IMG/VR virus record: IMGVR_UViG_3300023174_000057
Span: 102,765 to 166,764 of that record
Source of the DNA: a virus
Length of the DNA stretch: 64,000 nt
Reading direction: 5' to 3' (one strand)
In this document: one piece after another, positions 24,976 to 35,600 of the stretch
How the letters are laid out: each line of letters opens with the position of its first letter
How positions within the stretch are numbered: position 1 is the stretch's first letter
The notes under the pieces: model-generated
The model's database searches: none
What the model was told of the DNA's origin: nothing
Seen by the model: the letters and a program-made list of their open reading frames with translations, nothing else
Made by a program: the position numbers and the translations under genes

Positions 24976-25449
24976 ATGGGCACCCTTCGCACCTCCCTCA
25001 TCCGGCTGGCTCATCAGAACCCCAGCCTCCGTCCTCATCTTCTCCCCATCCTCAAGACGGCCCGGAACTCGTTTGAGTTCCTCCTGTCCGTAGGGGTGAA
25101 TCACGACATGGCGGATGCCGTGCGGATGGACCGGGGCGGGTCCACCGAGAGCAACGCCGACGAGAGCTACGTCGAGCTCGTCCAGTACTCCCACCATGGG
25201 ATCAAGAACTTCTTGGACGGCGAGCGGGTAGGACGCTCGGTTCTCAAGGTCAAGCGGATCGAGACCCAGCGTCGGAAGCTCACCCTGCTGATCGAAGCGT
25301 CCCCTCCCCCGGCGACAGAGGATGAAGAGGCCGTTCTCTACGGGGCCGAGAACCTCTTGGTGGAGGTCCTCCGTGAGGAGTTCAACCGCTACGGCGGCGA
25401 GTGGCTGTACCTCGACGTGTTGCCCGAAATCTCCGTCGAAGTCCTTTGA
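24976..25449 (+). CDS. Hypothetical protein with conserved LRTSLIRLAH leader
   Basis: MGTLRTSLIRLAHQNPSLRPHLLPILKTA... Confidence 0.75.
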   Translation: MGTLRTSLIRLAHQNPSLRPHLLPILKTARNSFEFLLSVGVNHDMADAVRMDRGGSTESNADESYVELVQYSHHGIKNFLDGERVGRSVLKVKRIETQRRKLTLLIEASPPPATEDEEAVLYGAENLLVEVLREEFNRYGGEWLYLDVLPEISVEVL

Positions 25450-25724
25450 CGGTGGGGGTCCGGGTCTCGGTGAAATTTAAGACCCACACGGACGACCGCC
25501 TCATCCCAGAGGGCTTCCTCGTGCGCGAGCACGACGAGGAAGCCCTCGACCCGGCCATCCGTGTCACGGGGTGCCGTTGGGTCGCACGCCACGAAGAAAT
25601 CCACTCTCCGTGCGAGTGGCACTCGTGGCATCAGTCCTACCCTGCTGCCGTACTTGCCGCCCGGATTCACGCGGGCCAGCCCTGCATCGGGACGGAGGGG
25701 CGACGGAAGCGCCGTGCGCGGTGA
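25446..25724 (+). CDS. Small hypothetical protein (start uncertain)
   Basis: Fills gap; TTGA overlap with upstream stop. Confidence 0.35.
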   Translation: MTVGVRVSVKFKTHTDDRLIPEGFLVREHDEEALDPAIRVTGCRWVARHEEIHSPCEWHSWHQSYPAAVLAARIHAGQPCIGTEGRRKRRAR

Positions 25725-25751
25725 CGCGCCTATCACCCGTGGAAGGTGGAC

Positions 25752-26051
25752 ATGGCAACGAGCAAAGCCGTAGATTGGTTGGAGACAGGGTGGAAGGTGC
25801 TGGCCGTTCTGGTCATCCCGCTCCTTGGGTTGGGCGTGTCCATGTACACGGACGCTTCTGTAACCCGCGAGAGGGTCATTCAGATCCAGCATCGTCTCGA
25901 CGAAGATCGCACACAGATCGAGTCGGTGAACACCCGGATCAACCAGATCGCGCTCACGGTGCAGGACACCAATGGGCAGATCCGCGAGCTCCGCACGGTG
26001 CTGGACGTGATCCGATCCCAAGTGACCCGTTCCTCGGAGGCTAGGCCATGA
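25752..26051 (+). CDS. Single-TM coiled-coil membrane protein (possible lysis accessory)
   Basis: VLAVLVIPLLGLGVSM followed by heptads. Confidence 0.55.
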   Translation: MATSKAVDWLETGWKVLAVLVIPLLGLGVSMYTDASVTRERVIQIQHRLDEDRTQIESVNTRINQIALTVQDTNGQIRELRTVLDVIRSQVTRSSEARP

Positions 26052-26338
26052 GTTCTCACCGTGTGCTGGAGGTGATCCTCGGCGTCGTCACCCTCGTTTC
26101 TGTCGTCTCTGTCCCGGTCCCGCGTCGGTCCCCTGTGATGGCCCCGTCCAAGGTCCATGTAGACGTTCAGCGTATCGAGGAGTTGCACCGGGTGTCCCAA
26201 GCGCAGCGCGCCGACGTTGCGCGTATCACCCGCGACACCCAAGCTCTCGCTGACCTCTTGCGGCAGCGCGACGGTGGTACGGTGCTGAGGCCCGACACCC
26301 GGGCACCGGAGAACGAAGAGTATGAGTGCAGCCAGTGA
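26048..26338 (+). CDS. Small protein with N-terminal hydrophobic segment
   Basis: ATGA overlap; VILGVVTLVSVV. Confidence 0.45.
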   Translation: MSSHRVLEVILGVVTLVSVVSVPVPRRSPVMAPSKVHVDVQRIEELHRVSQAQRADVARITRDTQALADLLRQRDGGTVLRPDTRAPENEEYECSQ

Positions 26339-26603
26339 CATCGCGAAGAAGCTGACCGACGACGAGAACAAGCAGATCACGGGGCTCCACCGACAGGCCC
26401 AAGAGATCGTCCACGCCATCGGCCAGACGGAGGTTCGCAAGGCGAAGCTCCTGTCCCAACTCGCGGACGTGGAAGAGCAAGCGCAGGGGGTGATGAACTC
26501 GGTGGGGGCACGGTTGGAGCTCCCGCAGGGCGTGCCGTGGCACATCACCCCGGATGGCAACGTCGTCGTCGTGGACCCCAAGACGGGCCAGCCCGCGCAG
26601 TGA
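26322..26603 (+). CDS. Small coiled-coil hypothetical protein
   Basis: 93 aa, good codon bias. Confidence 0.6.
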   Translation: MSAASDIAKKLTDDENKQITGLHRQAQEIVHAIGQTEVRKAKLLSQLADVEEQAQGVMNSVGARLELPQGVPWHITPDGNVVVVDPKTGQPAQ

Positions 26604-26612
26604 TGGTGACCG

Positions 26613-27071
26613 ATGGCGAAGTTCGCACAGCAAGAACTTGAGGCCATCGGCAAATCGTGGATCAAGTACATCAAGCAGGAAGCCAAGAAGGACGCGGCCA
26701 AGAGCAGCTACGTCCCGCGCTCGGGCGATTTCTACGAGAGCTTCTCGTTCACCGTAGACCGGGGGGTCATCATCCTCTACTCCACCTACGAGTGGCTTGA
26801 GATCATCACCAACGGCACGCGCGGCAAGTACAAGATGCCGTGGCTCACGCAGGAGCGTGGGGTCCACGTCGTGCCCATTTGTCAGCAGGACGGCACGATG
26901 GCCTTTCGCACCGCCCCGCTGACCGTGGGCAGGGCGTGGGTCCACCCCAAGATCGCAAAGCACACGTTCATCAACCGCGCCTATGAGCGCGCGGTGCAAG
27001 ACCACCTCGACGCCCTTGTCACACGGATCGTTGACGATGCCGCCACCACAGCAAGCAAACGGAAACGGTGA
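26613..27071 (+). CDS. Putative neck/tail-completion protein
   Basis: EIITNGT...WVHP...HTFINRA pattern reminiscent of HK97 gp10-like proteins; context. Confidence 0.45.
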   Translation: MAKFAQQELEAIGKSWIKYIKQEAKKDAAKSSYVPRSGDFYESFSFTVDRGVIILYSTYEWLEIITNGTRGKYKMPWLTQERGVHVVPICQQDGTMAFRTAPLTVGRAWVHPKIAKHTFINRAYERAVQDHLDALVTRIVDDAATTASKRKR

Positions 27072-27624
27072 GGTCACCATCGTGGCCCTGACGGACCTCG
27101 TGGTCCTCCCCGACCTCGGGCTGAGGTTGACGAGGGGGTCCAAGATCGTGGTCCCCATGTCTGCTGCGTTGAAGTCTCGGGATCTCTCCAAGGCCAAGGT
27201 GGACGGCATCGTGGCCACGCAGACCCTCCGCTCCGCTGCGATCCGCGCCCAAGAGAACGTGTCCTCGGACACGGTCACGTCTCAAGCTCCCCGGCACAAC
27301 CCGCTGGACCTGATCCCCCTTCTCGACGCTCTCGCAGTTCTCACGGAGGAAGTCCGTGGGCTGCGCCGAGACCTCGCCCGGGCACCTGCCCCAGCCCCCG
27401 CTCTCGACCTCGCCCCCTTGGTGGCGCAGTTGCAGACCGTGGCGGCGGCGAGCCCGGTGAGGGCGGCACCCTCCGTGGCGCTCCCCGACGAAGCCGTGTT
27501 CATCCCCTCCAACCTCACGGGTGGGGACCTGTCTGCGAGTCTCAACGTCACGTCGGAGAGCAGTGACGACCCCGGTCTCGCAGACGCAATGCGGGCGCTC
27601 AAGGCGGCAAAGAAGAATCGGTAG
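27037..27624 (+). CDS. Hypothetical protein
   Basis: About 195 aa, typical codon usage. Confidence 0.6.
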   Translation: MPPPQQANGNGEVTIVALTDLVVLPDLGLRLTRGSKIVVPMSAALKSRDLSKAKVDGIVATQTLRSAAIRAQENVSSDTVTSQAPRHNPLDLIPLLDALAVLTEEVRGLRRDLARAPAPAPALDLAPLVAQLQTVAAASPVRAAPSVALPDEAVFIPSNLTGGDLSASLNVTSESSDDPGLADAMRALKAAKKNR

Positions 27625-27715
27625 GGTATCGGGTACTTCGTCTCTGGGAACGTGACCTCAACGAAAACCGTGACCGCTGCGTGCAAGCAATCAAGACCGC
27701 ATTGGGAGTGCTGTG

Positions 27716-29926
27716 ATGGCCGGAAAAGACAAGCAAGATCAACAGGTTGGGGCGGGGTTGGACGTGGGTACCATGAATGTGGTCGCGGCGAGGAAGTCCT
27801 CGTCGGGGGTCGAGACCCGTCGTGTGCGCGACGCCTTCTTGGAGCTCCCCGTGGAATCCAAGAAGATGCTGAAGCTCTCGAACGTGAGCTACGTCGAGCG
27901 CGCGGACGAGCTTCTCATCCTCGGTGACGCCGCGATGGACACGGCGAACATCTTCGGACGGGAAGCGCGTCGTCCGTTGTCGGCGGGCTTGGTGAGCTCG
28001 TCGGATGTGGACGCGATGGAGATCCTCGGGCTGCTCATCAAGAACGTGCTGGGCGAGCCCAAGGTGCCCAACGAGCACTGCTATTTCTCGGTCCCCGCCG
28101 CCCCCGTGGACAAGCCCGGGCAGGACGTGATCTACCACCGTGGGGTGCTGGAGAAGATCGTCCGTGAGTGCGGGTACACCCCCACGGCGGGCAACGAGGC
28201 GATGGCGATTGTCTACGCTGAGACCGCCAAAGAGAACTTCTCGGGCATCGGCATCTCGTTCGGTAGCGGGATGACCAACTGCTTGTCGGGAGACACGAAG
28301 GTTCCTCTTCTTGATGGAACCGAGAAGACGATGGAGGAGTTGGCGAACGGGGCTGCGGGCGAGTCTTTCTGGGTCTACTCCAGCACTCCCGAAGGTCAAA
28401 TCGTTCCGGGTCTAGCACACCACCCCCGACAGACCGGAGTGCAACCCGTTCTCCGCGTCCACCTCGACGACGGGACGCATTTCGACTGCACCCGCGACCA
28501 CCGGGTGATGCTTCGGGATGGGAGTTTCCTTGAGGCGGGAGACCTCGCGCAGGGAACGAGCTTGATGCCCTTGTACCGTTATCGGACGAAGTTCCGCACC
28601 AATTCCTATCAGTTTGTCAAGGACAACTCGACGGGGAAGTGGGTCAGCGAACATCGTGCGGTTATGGAGCACGTTCTTGGTCGTCCTCTTCTGCCCGGAA
28701 AGCAGGACGAGGTGATTCATCACCGGAACTACTGCGGGACGGATAACCGCCCTGAAAACCTCCAAGTGATGTCCAATCGAGAGCACCGTGAACTCCATGA
28801 GAAGCTCGGAAAGGGAAACAGGGATCGGACTCTCGGGAAGACGTGGGAGACGTTGTACGGCCCGGAGCGAGCATCGCAAATGAAGGCGAAGCTCAAAGCA
28901 TCTCGGAACGAACCTGAAGCACGCGCTGCCATTCTGTCTGGAGCGGCGCGGGGGTCGGCGCGCATGGTGGAACTCCGCAGCGGGAAGACTTGGGGCGAGT
29001 ATTTCGGTCTAGAACGGGCAGAGGAGATCCGTGCCCAGATGTCGCTCCCCAATATTCGTGAGAAGATGCGGGTCGGGGCAGCGAAGGGTCGAGCCGCGTG
29101 GGCTGGAGAAATCACAGGAAAGAGACTCTCAGATATTTACGGTGACGAGAAGGCCGCAGGGATCAAGTCCAAGCAATCCGCCGCCAAGAAGGGACTCTCT
29201 CTCGCGGAGATCGTCGGGGACGAAGCGAAGGCCCTCGAAATCCGTAAAGGGCTGTCCGCATCCCGTATGGGGAAGGCTGGAAAGTACGAGAGGACTCCCG
29301 AAATCAGAGCGAAGATTGCGGCATCCCTGCGGGCTCGCAAAAACGTCCAGCTTGAAGCCCCCCACAACCACAAGGTTGTTAGCGTGGAAGACCTCGGAGT
29401 CACGGTGCCCGTGTACGATCTGACTGTTGACGAGCATCACAACTTCGCGTTGTCTTGCGGGGTTTTCGTCCACAACTGCGCCCTCGCGGTCAACACCATC
29501 GAGGGGCTGTCGTTCTCCGTGGGGCGCGGCGGCGATTGGATCGACGGCGGTGCGGCCAAGTCCATCGGCAGCACTGCCAGCCGCATCTGCGCCATCAAGG
29601 AGAAGGGTGTGGACCTGAACGCCCCGCAGGGGCGCGAGCAGGAAGCCCTCACGTTCTACTACAAGAACTTGATCGAGTACTCCATCGACCAGATCGCCCT
29701 TCAGTTCGCGAGCGTGCAGGGGAAGTTCACTCTCCCGAAGCCCGTTCCGATCATCGTGTCGGGGGGTACTTCCAAGGCGGGCGGGTTCTTGGAGCTCTTC
29801 AAGAGCGTGTTCGACCGCAAGCGCAAGCGGTTCCCGATTGAGGTGAGTGAGATCCGCGCCTCTACCGACCCGCTCAACGCGGTCGCGAACGGGTTGCTCA
29901 TCCAAGCGATGCAGGAGAGCGAGTGA
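27716..29926 (+). CDS. Actin-fold ATPase (MreB/FtsA/ParM superfamily) interrupted by an intein
   Basis: GLDVGTMN (phosphate 1), NEAMA, GISFGSGMTN|...|CAL (phosphate 2), GGDWID, IVSGGTS. Confidence 0.85.
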   Translation: MAGKDKQDQQVGAGLDVGTMNVVAARKSSSGVETRRVRDAFLELPVESKKMLKLSNVSYVERADELLILGDAAMDTANIFGREARRPLSAGLVSSSDVDAMEILGLLIKNVLGEPKVPNEHCYFSVPAAPVDKPGQDVIYHRGVLEKIVRECGYTPTAGNEAMAIVYAETAKENFSGIGISFGSGMTNCLSGDTKVPLLDGTEKTMEELANGAAGESFWVYSSTPEGQIVPGLAHHPRQTGVQPVLRVHLDDGTHFDCTRDHRVMLRDGSFLEAGDLAQGTSLMPLYRYRTKFRTNSYQFVKDNSTGKWVSEHRAVMEHVLGRPLLPGKQDEVIHHRNYCGTDNRPENLQVMSNREHRELHEKLGKGNRDRTLGKTWETLYGPERASQMKAKLKASRNEPEARAAILSGAARGSARMVELRSGKTWGEYFGLERAEEIRAQMSLPNIREKMRVGAAKGRAAWAGEITGKRLSDIYGDEKAAGIKSKQSAAKKGLSLAEIVGDEAKALEIRKGLSASRMGKAGKYERTPEIRAKIAASLRARKNVQLEAPHNHKVVSVEDLGVTVPVYDLTVDEHHNFALSCGVFVHNCALAVNTIEGLSFSVGRGGDWIDGGAAKSIGSTASRICAIKEKGVDLNAPQGREQEALTFYYKNLIEYSIDQIALQFASVQGKFTLPKPVPIIVSGGTSKAGGFLELFKSVFDRKRKRFPIEVSEIRASTDPLNAVANGLLIQAMQESE
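28280..29476 (+). mobile_element. Cis-splicing intein (399 aa) with HNH endonuclease and NUMOD-like repeats
   Basis: CLSGDTKV start; CTRDH block B; IHHRNYCGTDNRPENL; VYDLTVDEHHNFAL..GVFVHN|C. Confidence 0.93.
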
Positions 29927-30192
29927 TGGAGCCCGCCCCGTGCGACTACTCGGCCCTGTCCGACCGTGGCGACACCCCCCCATGCTGGGGTGAGGTCACC
30001 CTCGTCGAAGAGGTTGAGATGTCGGGCGGCGACCGTGTGGCCGTCCGAGCTTGCGGTGGGCACCGGGGGATCACACATCACGGGCACTACCTTGAGGAAG
30101 GAGCCCCGGTATCGCCCGAGGAGGTGGGGGTTCCCGAAGAATTGACCGCCCTGTGGGATGATGTCCCCGCCAGTTTCTTCACCGACCTCTGA
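29923..30192 (+). CDS. Small hypothetical protein
   Basis: 89 aa, GTGA overlap. Confidence 0.45.
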   Translation: MMEPAPCDYSALSDRGDTPPCWGEVTLVEEVEMSGGDRVAVRACGGHRGITHHGHYLEEGAPVSPEEVGVPEELTALWDDVPASFFTDL

Positions 30193-30198
30193 GGGCTC

Positions 30199-31317
30199 AT
30201 GTACTACTTCCTGACCACGGCACTGTCTCGGCGCGTTGTGCAGGAGCTCCGCGCGTTCTGGGCTACGCACCCTCGGTACCAAGACTTGGTGGACAACATC
30301 CAAGGGAAGTACTCGTTTGAGCAGCGGCCTCAGTACGGGATCGTCGTCAAGGTCGGCGCGGCCAACCAAGTGCAGCTATCCCCCGACAACTTCGTCGGGA
30401 CCGTCCAGAGCTACGTCACCCTCGCGCGCATCCCGGGCTACACGGGGCTGTCCTGCGAGTGGGTGCGTGAGGACAGCCTCGCGATCAAAGCCAATGGCGG
30501 GCGGTTCCCCACGCTTCCGGGCACCTACTACATTGAGATGACGGAAGACGATCAGTTCTACGTTGACCCGCTGCTGGAGATTCGCAACGAGCGCCTCACC
30601 ATGACCACCTCCAGTGAGGGGGTGCTCCAGCAGGTGCCCTACGAGAAGTCACTGCGACTGATCGAGGTTCCCGGTGGGCGGCTCTACGTCGAGGGGACCG
30701 ACTACACCATCGGAGACGACGGTGTGACCGTGTACCTGCGGGAGCCCCTTCTCATGGGCACGGCGCTGTCGGCCACCTACCGCTACACGGGGGAGACCAC
30801 CGGGCCGTGGGAGGCCAAAGCCCTGTACGGCTACAACAAGGCCATCCCGGGTTGTGTGCTGGTGTTCGGTCGGCGGGCCAAGAAGGGCGACCGCTTCGCG
30901 GTGCTCGTCACGGACACCCGTGAGGACTCCTACTTGGAGTACGGCGGTCGGTGGGACCTCACCGTGGACATTGATATCATCGCCCGTGACGTGTACGCCC
31001 AGCGGGAGATCGCGGACCTGACGGCGATGTACCTCTGGTCGTCTCTTCGGCCCAACGTCATCAACGAGGGCATCGACATCTCGGAGGTGTCGATGGGCGG
31101 GGAGACGGAAGAGGTGTTCGACGAGAACGCCGACGACTACTTCTACAACTCCACCATCTCGATGACGGCGCAGACGGATTGGTTCAGCTTCGTGCCCATC
31201 GTCCCGCGCATTCTCTCCGTGGCGCAGACGGTGACCGGGCTCCCCAAGGAGCTTGAGATCCGTGCCTTCCGCGACCCGTTCTTCGGTGCCAAGTTCTCTT
31301 ACGAGACGGTGTCCTGA
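30199..31317 (+). CDS. Putative tail terminator/completion protein
   Basis: 372 aa upstream of sheath; WDLTVDIDIIARD...REIADL pattern; function from context. Confidence 0.55.
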   Translation: MYYFLTTALSRRVVQELRAFWATHPRYQDLVDNIQGKYSFEQRPQYGIVVKVGAANQVQLSPDNFVGTVQSYVTLARIPGYTGLSCEWVREDSLAIKANGGRFPTLPGTYYIEMTEDDQFYVDPLLEIRNERLTMTTSSEGVLQQVPYEKSLRLIEVPGGRLYVEGTDYTIGDDGVTVYLREPLLMGTALSATYRYTGETTGPWEAKALYGYNKAIPGCVLVFGRRAKKGDRFAVLVTDTREDSYLEYGGRWDLTVDIDIIARDVYAQREIADLTAMYLWSSLRPNVINEGIDISEVSMGGETEEVFDENADDYFYNSTISMTAQTDWFSFVPIVPRILSVAQTVTGLPKELEIRAFRDPFFGAKFSYETVS

Positions 31318-31745
31318 TGCCCACCTATCGTTTCCAGTGCGACTCCTGCGGGTTGTCCTTCTCGGCGCGGGCGCGCATGGATTCCTTGGAGGCCCCCTGC
31401 GAGTGCGGCAAGCTCGGCAAGCGTACCCTCCCCCAAGGGGTGAACGTCACGGTGTCGGGAGGCGGGACGGACCTGCTGAAGGACACCGGGCTCACGGGGA
31501 TCGACTACAACTTCGACCGGGCGGTGGGGGAGTCGTCCAAGAAGAACTGGCAGGGCATCGCACAGCGCCAGCGGGAGAAGCTCGACCTCGTGCGTGCCAA
31601 CGGGGTCACGGGTTGGGATCTCTCCCGCACCCCGGACGGTGGTTACCGGGTGATGGACTCTGATGAGCGCGCCGCCAGCGAGCAATCTCGTGGGTTCCAT
31701 TTCAAGGTCATGAAGCACGCGAAAGACAAGGGCCTACTGAAGTAG
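31317..31745 (+). CDS. FmdB-family zinc-ribbon protein
   Basis: MPTYRFQCDSCG...CECG. Confidence 0.7.
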   Translation: MPTYRFQCDSCGLSFSARARMDSLEAPCECGKLGKRTLPQGVNVTVSGGGTDLLKDTGLTGIDYNFDRAVGESSKKNWQGIAQRQREKLDLVRANGVTGWDLSRTPDGGYRVMDSDERAASEQSRGFHFKVMKHAKDKGLLK

Positions 31746-31758
31746 ACCCCCGGTGGGG

Positions 31759-32478
31759 TCAGCGGTCGGTGCGGGCTCCGCCAGCGATGACCCAAGCAGC
31801 CCACTGGCTGATCACCTCCGGGGTGATCTTGGAGATGAGCTCCGCGTCCTTCATCTTCCACTTCTCGTCGCGGGGGTCGAACACGTTCAGCAGAACGTCG
31901 CGGTTCCCCAGCGCGATGGCGCGGTTGGGGGCTCCCCCCAGACCCATGCCACGAAGACGGCTGGGGTAGAAGAACTCACCAGCCTTCCCAGACCGATCAC
32001 CGACAGACACGAGACCAGCGTCCACGAGCATCTGCTTGATCTCGACGCGGCGATCCGACACGCGGGGCGCGGTGGGCTTCTGCCTTCCGGTCGCCGGGGG
32101 GCGGAGCATCAGTTCGCGGAGAATGTCCTTGTGGCGCATGACATCCCCCACGGTGGTGGCGTGGAGGAGGTCCGGTGCCTGTTCCAGCATCGCTTCCAGA
32201 AATGCCTTGGCATCCGCGAGGGTCTTCGGTCGGGTCGTCACGGCTTGGCCCGAGGGCGTGAAGGTGACGGTCCACCCGCTGCGATCCAAGCTCTTGTAGA
32301 TCGACCACGGCCCGACCACCATCGCATCGAGCTCTTGGGAGCCTCCGCCCGTGATCGGGATCGTGATCTTCTCCCTGCGGAAGTTCAAGTCCGCCGTCTT
32401 GAGCAGCGGGAGGATGTGCGGGCGAAGTGCGGGTTGGGCATGGGCCAGACGGATGATCTTGGAACGGAGAGTGTTCAT
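31759..32478 (-). CDS. Hypothetical protein with conserved LRSKIIRLAH leader
   Basis: MNTLRSKIIRLAHAQPALRPHILPLLKTA...; GAGG RBS. Confidence 0.75.
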   Translation of the reverse strand: MNTLRSKIIRLAHAQPALRPHILPLLKTADLNFRREKITIPITGGGSQELDAMVVGPWSIYKSLDRSGWTVTFTPSGQAVTTRPKTLADAKAFLEAMLEQAPDLLHATTVGDVMRHKDILRELMLRPPATGRQKPTAPRVSDRRVEIKQMLVDAGLVSVGDRSGKAGEFFYPSRLRGMGLGGAPNRAIALGNRDVLLNVFDPRDEKWKMKDAELISKITPEVISQWAAWVIAGGARTDR

Positions 32479-32630
32479 TCGTACCTCACACCTCCCCAGC
32501 GATAAACTTTCAAACGGTTCCCGCCCTATACGACGGGCTTTCGTGTAGCGCCCACGACTTCTCTGTGAGCTTTCGCGCCGGGGTGGTCCCGCCGTGTCCG
32601 TCAGCTTCGGGGGTGCTGCACGGAGTCTTC

Positions 32631-35600
32631 ATGCCCAGCATCCTCACGGGCGGCTACGCCCCGCCGGGGGTCTACACTCAGACCTTCTTCGGCGCGACCC
32701 AACTCCCTCCCTCGATCCCGCCCCTCGTCCCGACGTTCATCGGCACGGGCTCGGAGATCCTCGTCCAGAGCAACCTCGCCGTGGTGCGTGGGAGCTCGGC
32801 TTCGGTCGATCAGCAGATCGTCCGTGAGGACGAGGCTGGCCGTGCGGTGGTGAGCATCGCTCCCAGCGGCGCGATCAGCCTCGGGGCGTTCGACGGGACC
32901 ATCAACCGCTTCCGCGTCAAGAACTACCCCATCGTCAACGGGGATGGCTCGGGCACGACTGCGACCGACTCCTCGTCCATCTCCGTGACCGTCAACGGTG
33001 AGCCCACCGTGGTGCTGGGCCTCAACGGCGCGACGGGTGTGGTCGAGATCTCGGACTTCCCCGCTGCCACGGACGTGGTGCTCTGCACCTACTACTTCAA
33101 GCGCACCGACACTCGGGTGACCGACAACGTGTCGGCGCAGGTGACGGCCACCCCTGCGTCCATCAACGGGAGCGTCGGGCAGAACTTCACCTTCGCCTCG
33201 GGCACCAACCAGTTCAAGCTCTCGGTGGACGGGCTGGCCCAAGTGACCGTGAGCTTCCCCATCGGGACGTTCGCCGCTGCGGTGGTTGCGGCGACCCTCA
33301 ACGGGACGGTCGGCATCGGTTCTCTGGTCGCCAGCACGTTCATCAACAACCTCGGTGAGACGTGCGTCCGTCTGTCCGCTGACAAGTCCCTCACCATCGG
33401 TGATGGGACGGCCAACGGTGTGCTCGGCTTCGTGGCGGGCGCGGCGACATCCCGCAACCGCACGTTCTACACGTTCAACGGCCCCATCGTGAACGGCAAC
33501 AACGGTGGCGTCACCACCACCAACCCCGCCGACGTGGTGGTGCTGGTGGACGGCGTGGCGGTGACCCCCACCTCGGTCAACGGTCGCACCCGTGCGGTGA
33601 CCCTTCCCTACGCCCCCAAGCTCGGGAGCACGGTCACCGTCCAGTACTACTTCAACGCTTGGCAGGACACGTTCGACTACCTCGCCAACACGGGCGTGAC
33701 TGCCATCACCCGTGCGGCTGTGACCCCTAACAGCAACGGCGCGGGTCTGTACGTCAACGGCGCGGACTACATCCTCAAGAACGACACCATCGTGTGGGGC
33801 ACGGCGGTGCTGGTGAACTCGGGCCTCCACACGGAGGGCTTCGCTACCTTCGGTAGCTCGCAGGTCTCGGCGCTGCTGGTGGACAACGAGGCGTTCATGG
33901 CCGAGTGCGCCCGCGTGGTGGACACCTCGGGCACCGTGTCGGTCGCCAGCAAGACGCAGTTCCAGCTTCCGTTCCAGCCCACGACGGGCAACGGGCGCGG
34001 GAACCCGCTGGGCAGCACCCAGTACCAGATCATCTCCAACGGGCGCATCGACCTCCCCACGGATCAGCCGGAACTGGTCACGGCCTACTGGGGCTTCAGC
34101 GTGCAGGACGCTCTGGAGCGCGGCTCGGTCACCGTCACCAAGGTGGACAGCACCACCAGCACGATCACCCTCGCGGTGGAAGTGCCGGAAGGGGCGACCG
34201 TCTACGCCAACTTCTACTACAACACCCTGACCGATCAGGCGTTCATCGGCTCGTCTCGTGGATTCACGGTTACGACCGTCACGGCGGGTACGTCGGGTGT
34301 CGGAACCTACTCGATCACGGACGGCAACAACCTGCCCGTGTACGGGGTGACCTACCTCGGCAAGGGTGCGGGTCTCACGGGCATCGAGATCGTGTTCCCC
34401 TCGGGCTCGGAGTTCCTCTCTGACGCCCGCATCGAGGGTGGCGCACCGACGCTGGAGACGGTGTCGGTCCAGTTCGCCACGTCGGACACGACCCCGGCCC
34501 GCTTCACCGCCCCCGGTGCGGGTCCCTACAACACCGTTGCGGGTCAGTCGAGCAACCTCGCGCTGGAGATCGACGGCGCGGCTCTCGCGGGTGGCACCAT
34601 CAACCTCACGGTGCCCTCGGGCGGCACGCGCGGCGGTGCCTTCGCGCACGTTCTCAGCAACGAGATCCCCTACGACGCGGCGTCGGGCGACACGTCCTAC
34701 GTCATCACGGCGGGTGTCAACGACACCGTGTCCCTTCTCGTGGACGGCGTGAGCCTCACGGCCACGGCGGGCGCGGGCGGCACCCAAGACGCTGCCGACT
34801 TCGTAACCGCCATCAACGCGGCGGCGGTCGCGGGCGGCGCGGCGAACCCCTACTACGATTCGGCGGGGACGTTCTCGTCGGGTTTCACGGTCTTCGTGAA
34901 CAAGTACGACCGGATCGTCTTCCACTATCGTGGCGACGTGTCGGGCGCGTCGGGCAACCTCACGGCGACTCTCACCCCCGGTGTCTACGCCTCGGCGGCG
35001 ACCCTCGCGACGGAAATCGACACCCAACTGGGGGCGCAGATCGGCACCCTTGGGGCACCCTTCGCGGGTCTGGCCCTCACGGTCACGGCGACGGCTACGG
35101 GTGCGCTGCGCTTCACGCTCACCAAGGCCACGGGCGATGCCTCGGGCTTTTTGGAGTTCGTGACGGGGGGCACCCCGGCGCGGGACTTCTGCATCGTCGC
35201 GGGTATCGACACGGGCACGGTTTCCGGCAACGGCACCAAGCTCTACAGCGGTCCCATCGCGGCGCACTACACGGTGACGACCACGGGGCTTCGCACCCCC
35301 TACGACCGCATCCTCCTCCGCAACCGCATCTTCCCCGGCGCGGGTTCCATCGCCCCGTTCCACGCCCTGTCCTTGTGCGTCCTGCAATCGCAGGGGGGTA
35401 ACGGCGCGGCGCTGGCGGGTCTGCCCTCGACCCTCTCGGGCTCGGCGGCGTACACTGGCTGCGCCCTCGGCCCGACGCTCACGGCTGACCCCGGGTTTTC
35501 CGGGCAGTTGAACACCTTCGGTGACGCCCGCGACGGCCAGCCCACGGTGACCTTCTACGACGGGTCAGACCCCCTCTACCCGGCGAACAACGTCTTCAAG

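Noticed and set aside
17991-32478. Shared leader as a Sec/Tat signal peptide or a DNA repeat element
   Set aside because: No hydrophobic h-region or twin-arginine consensus; synonymous divergence indicates peptide-level rather than DNA-level conservation
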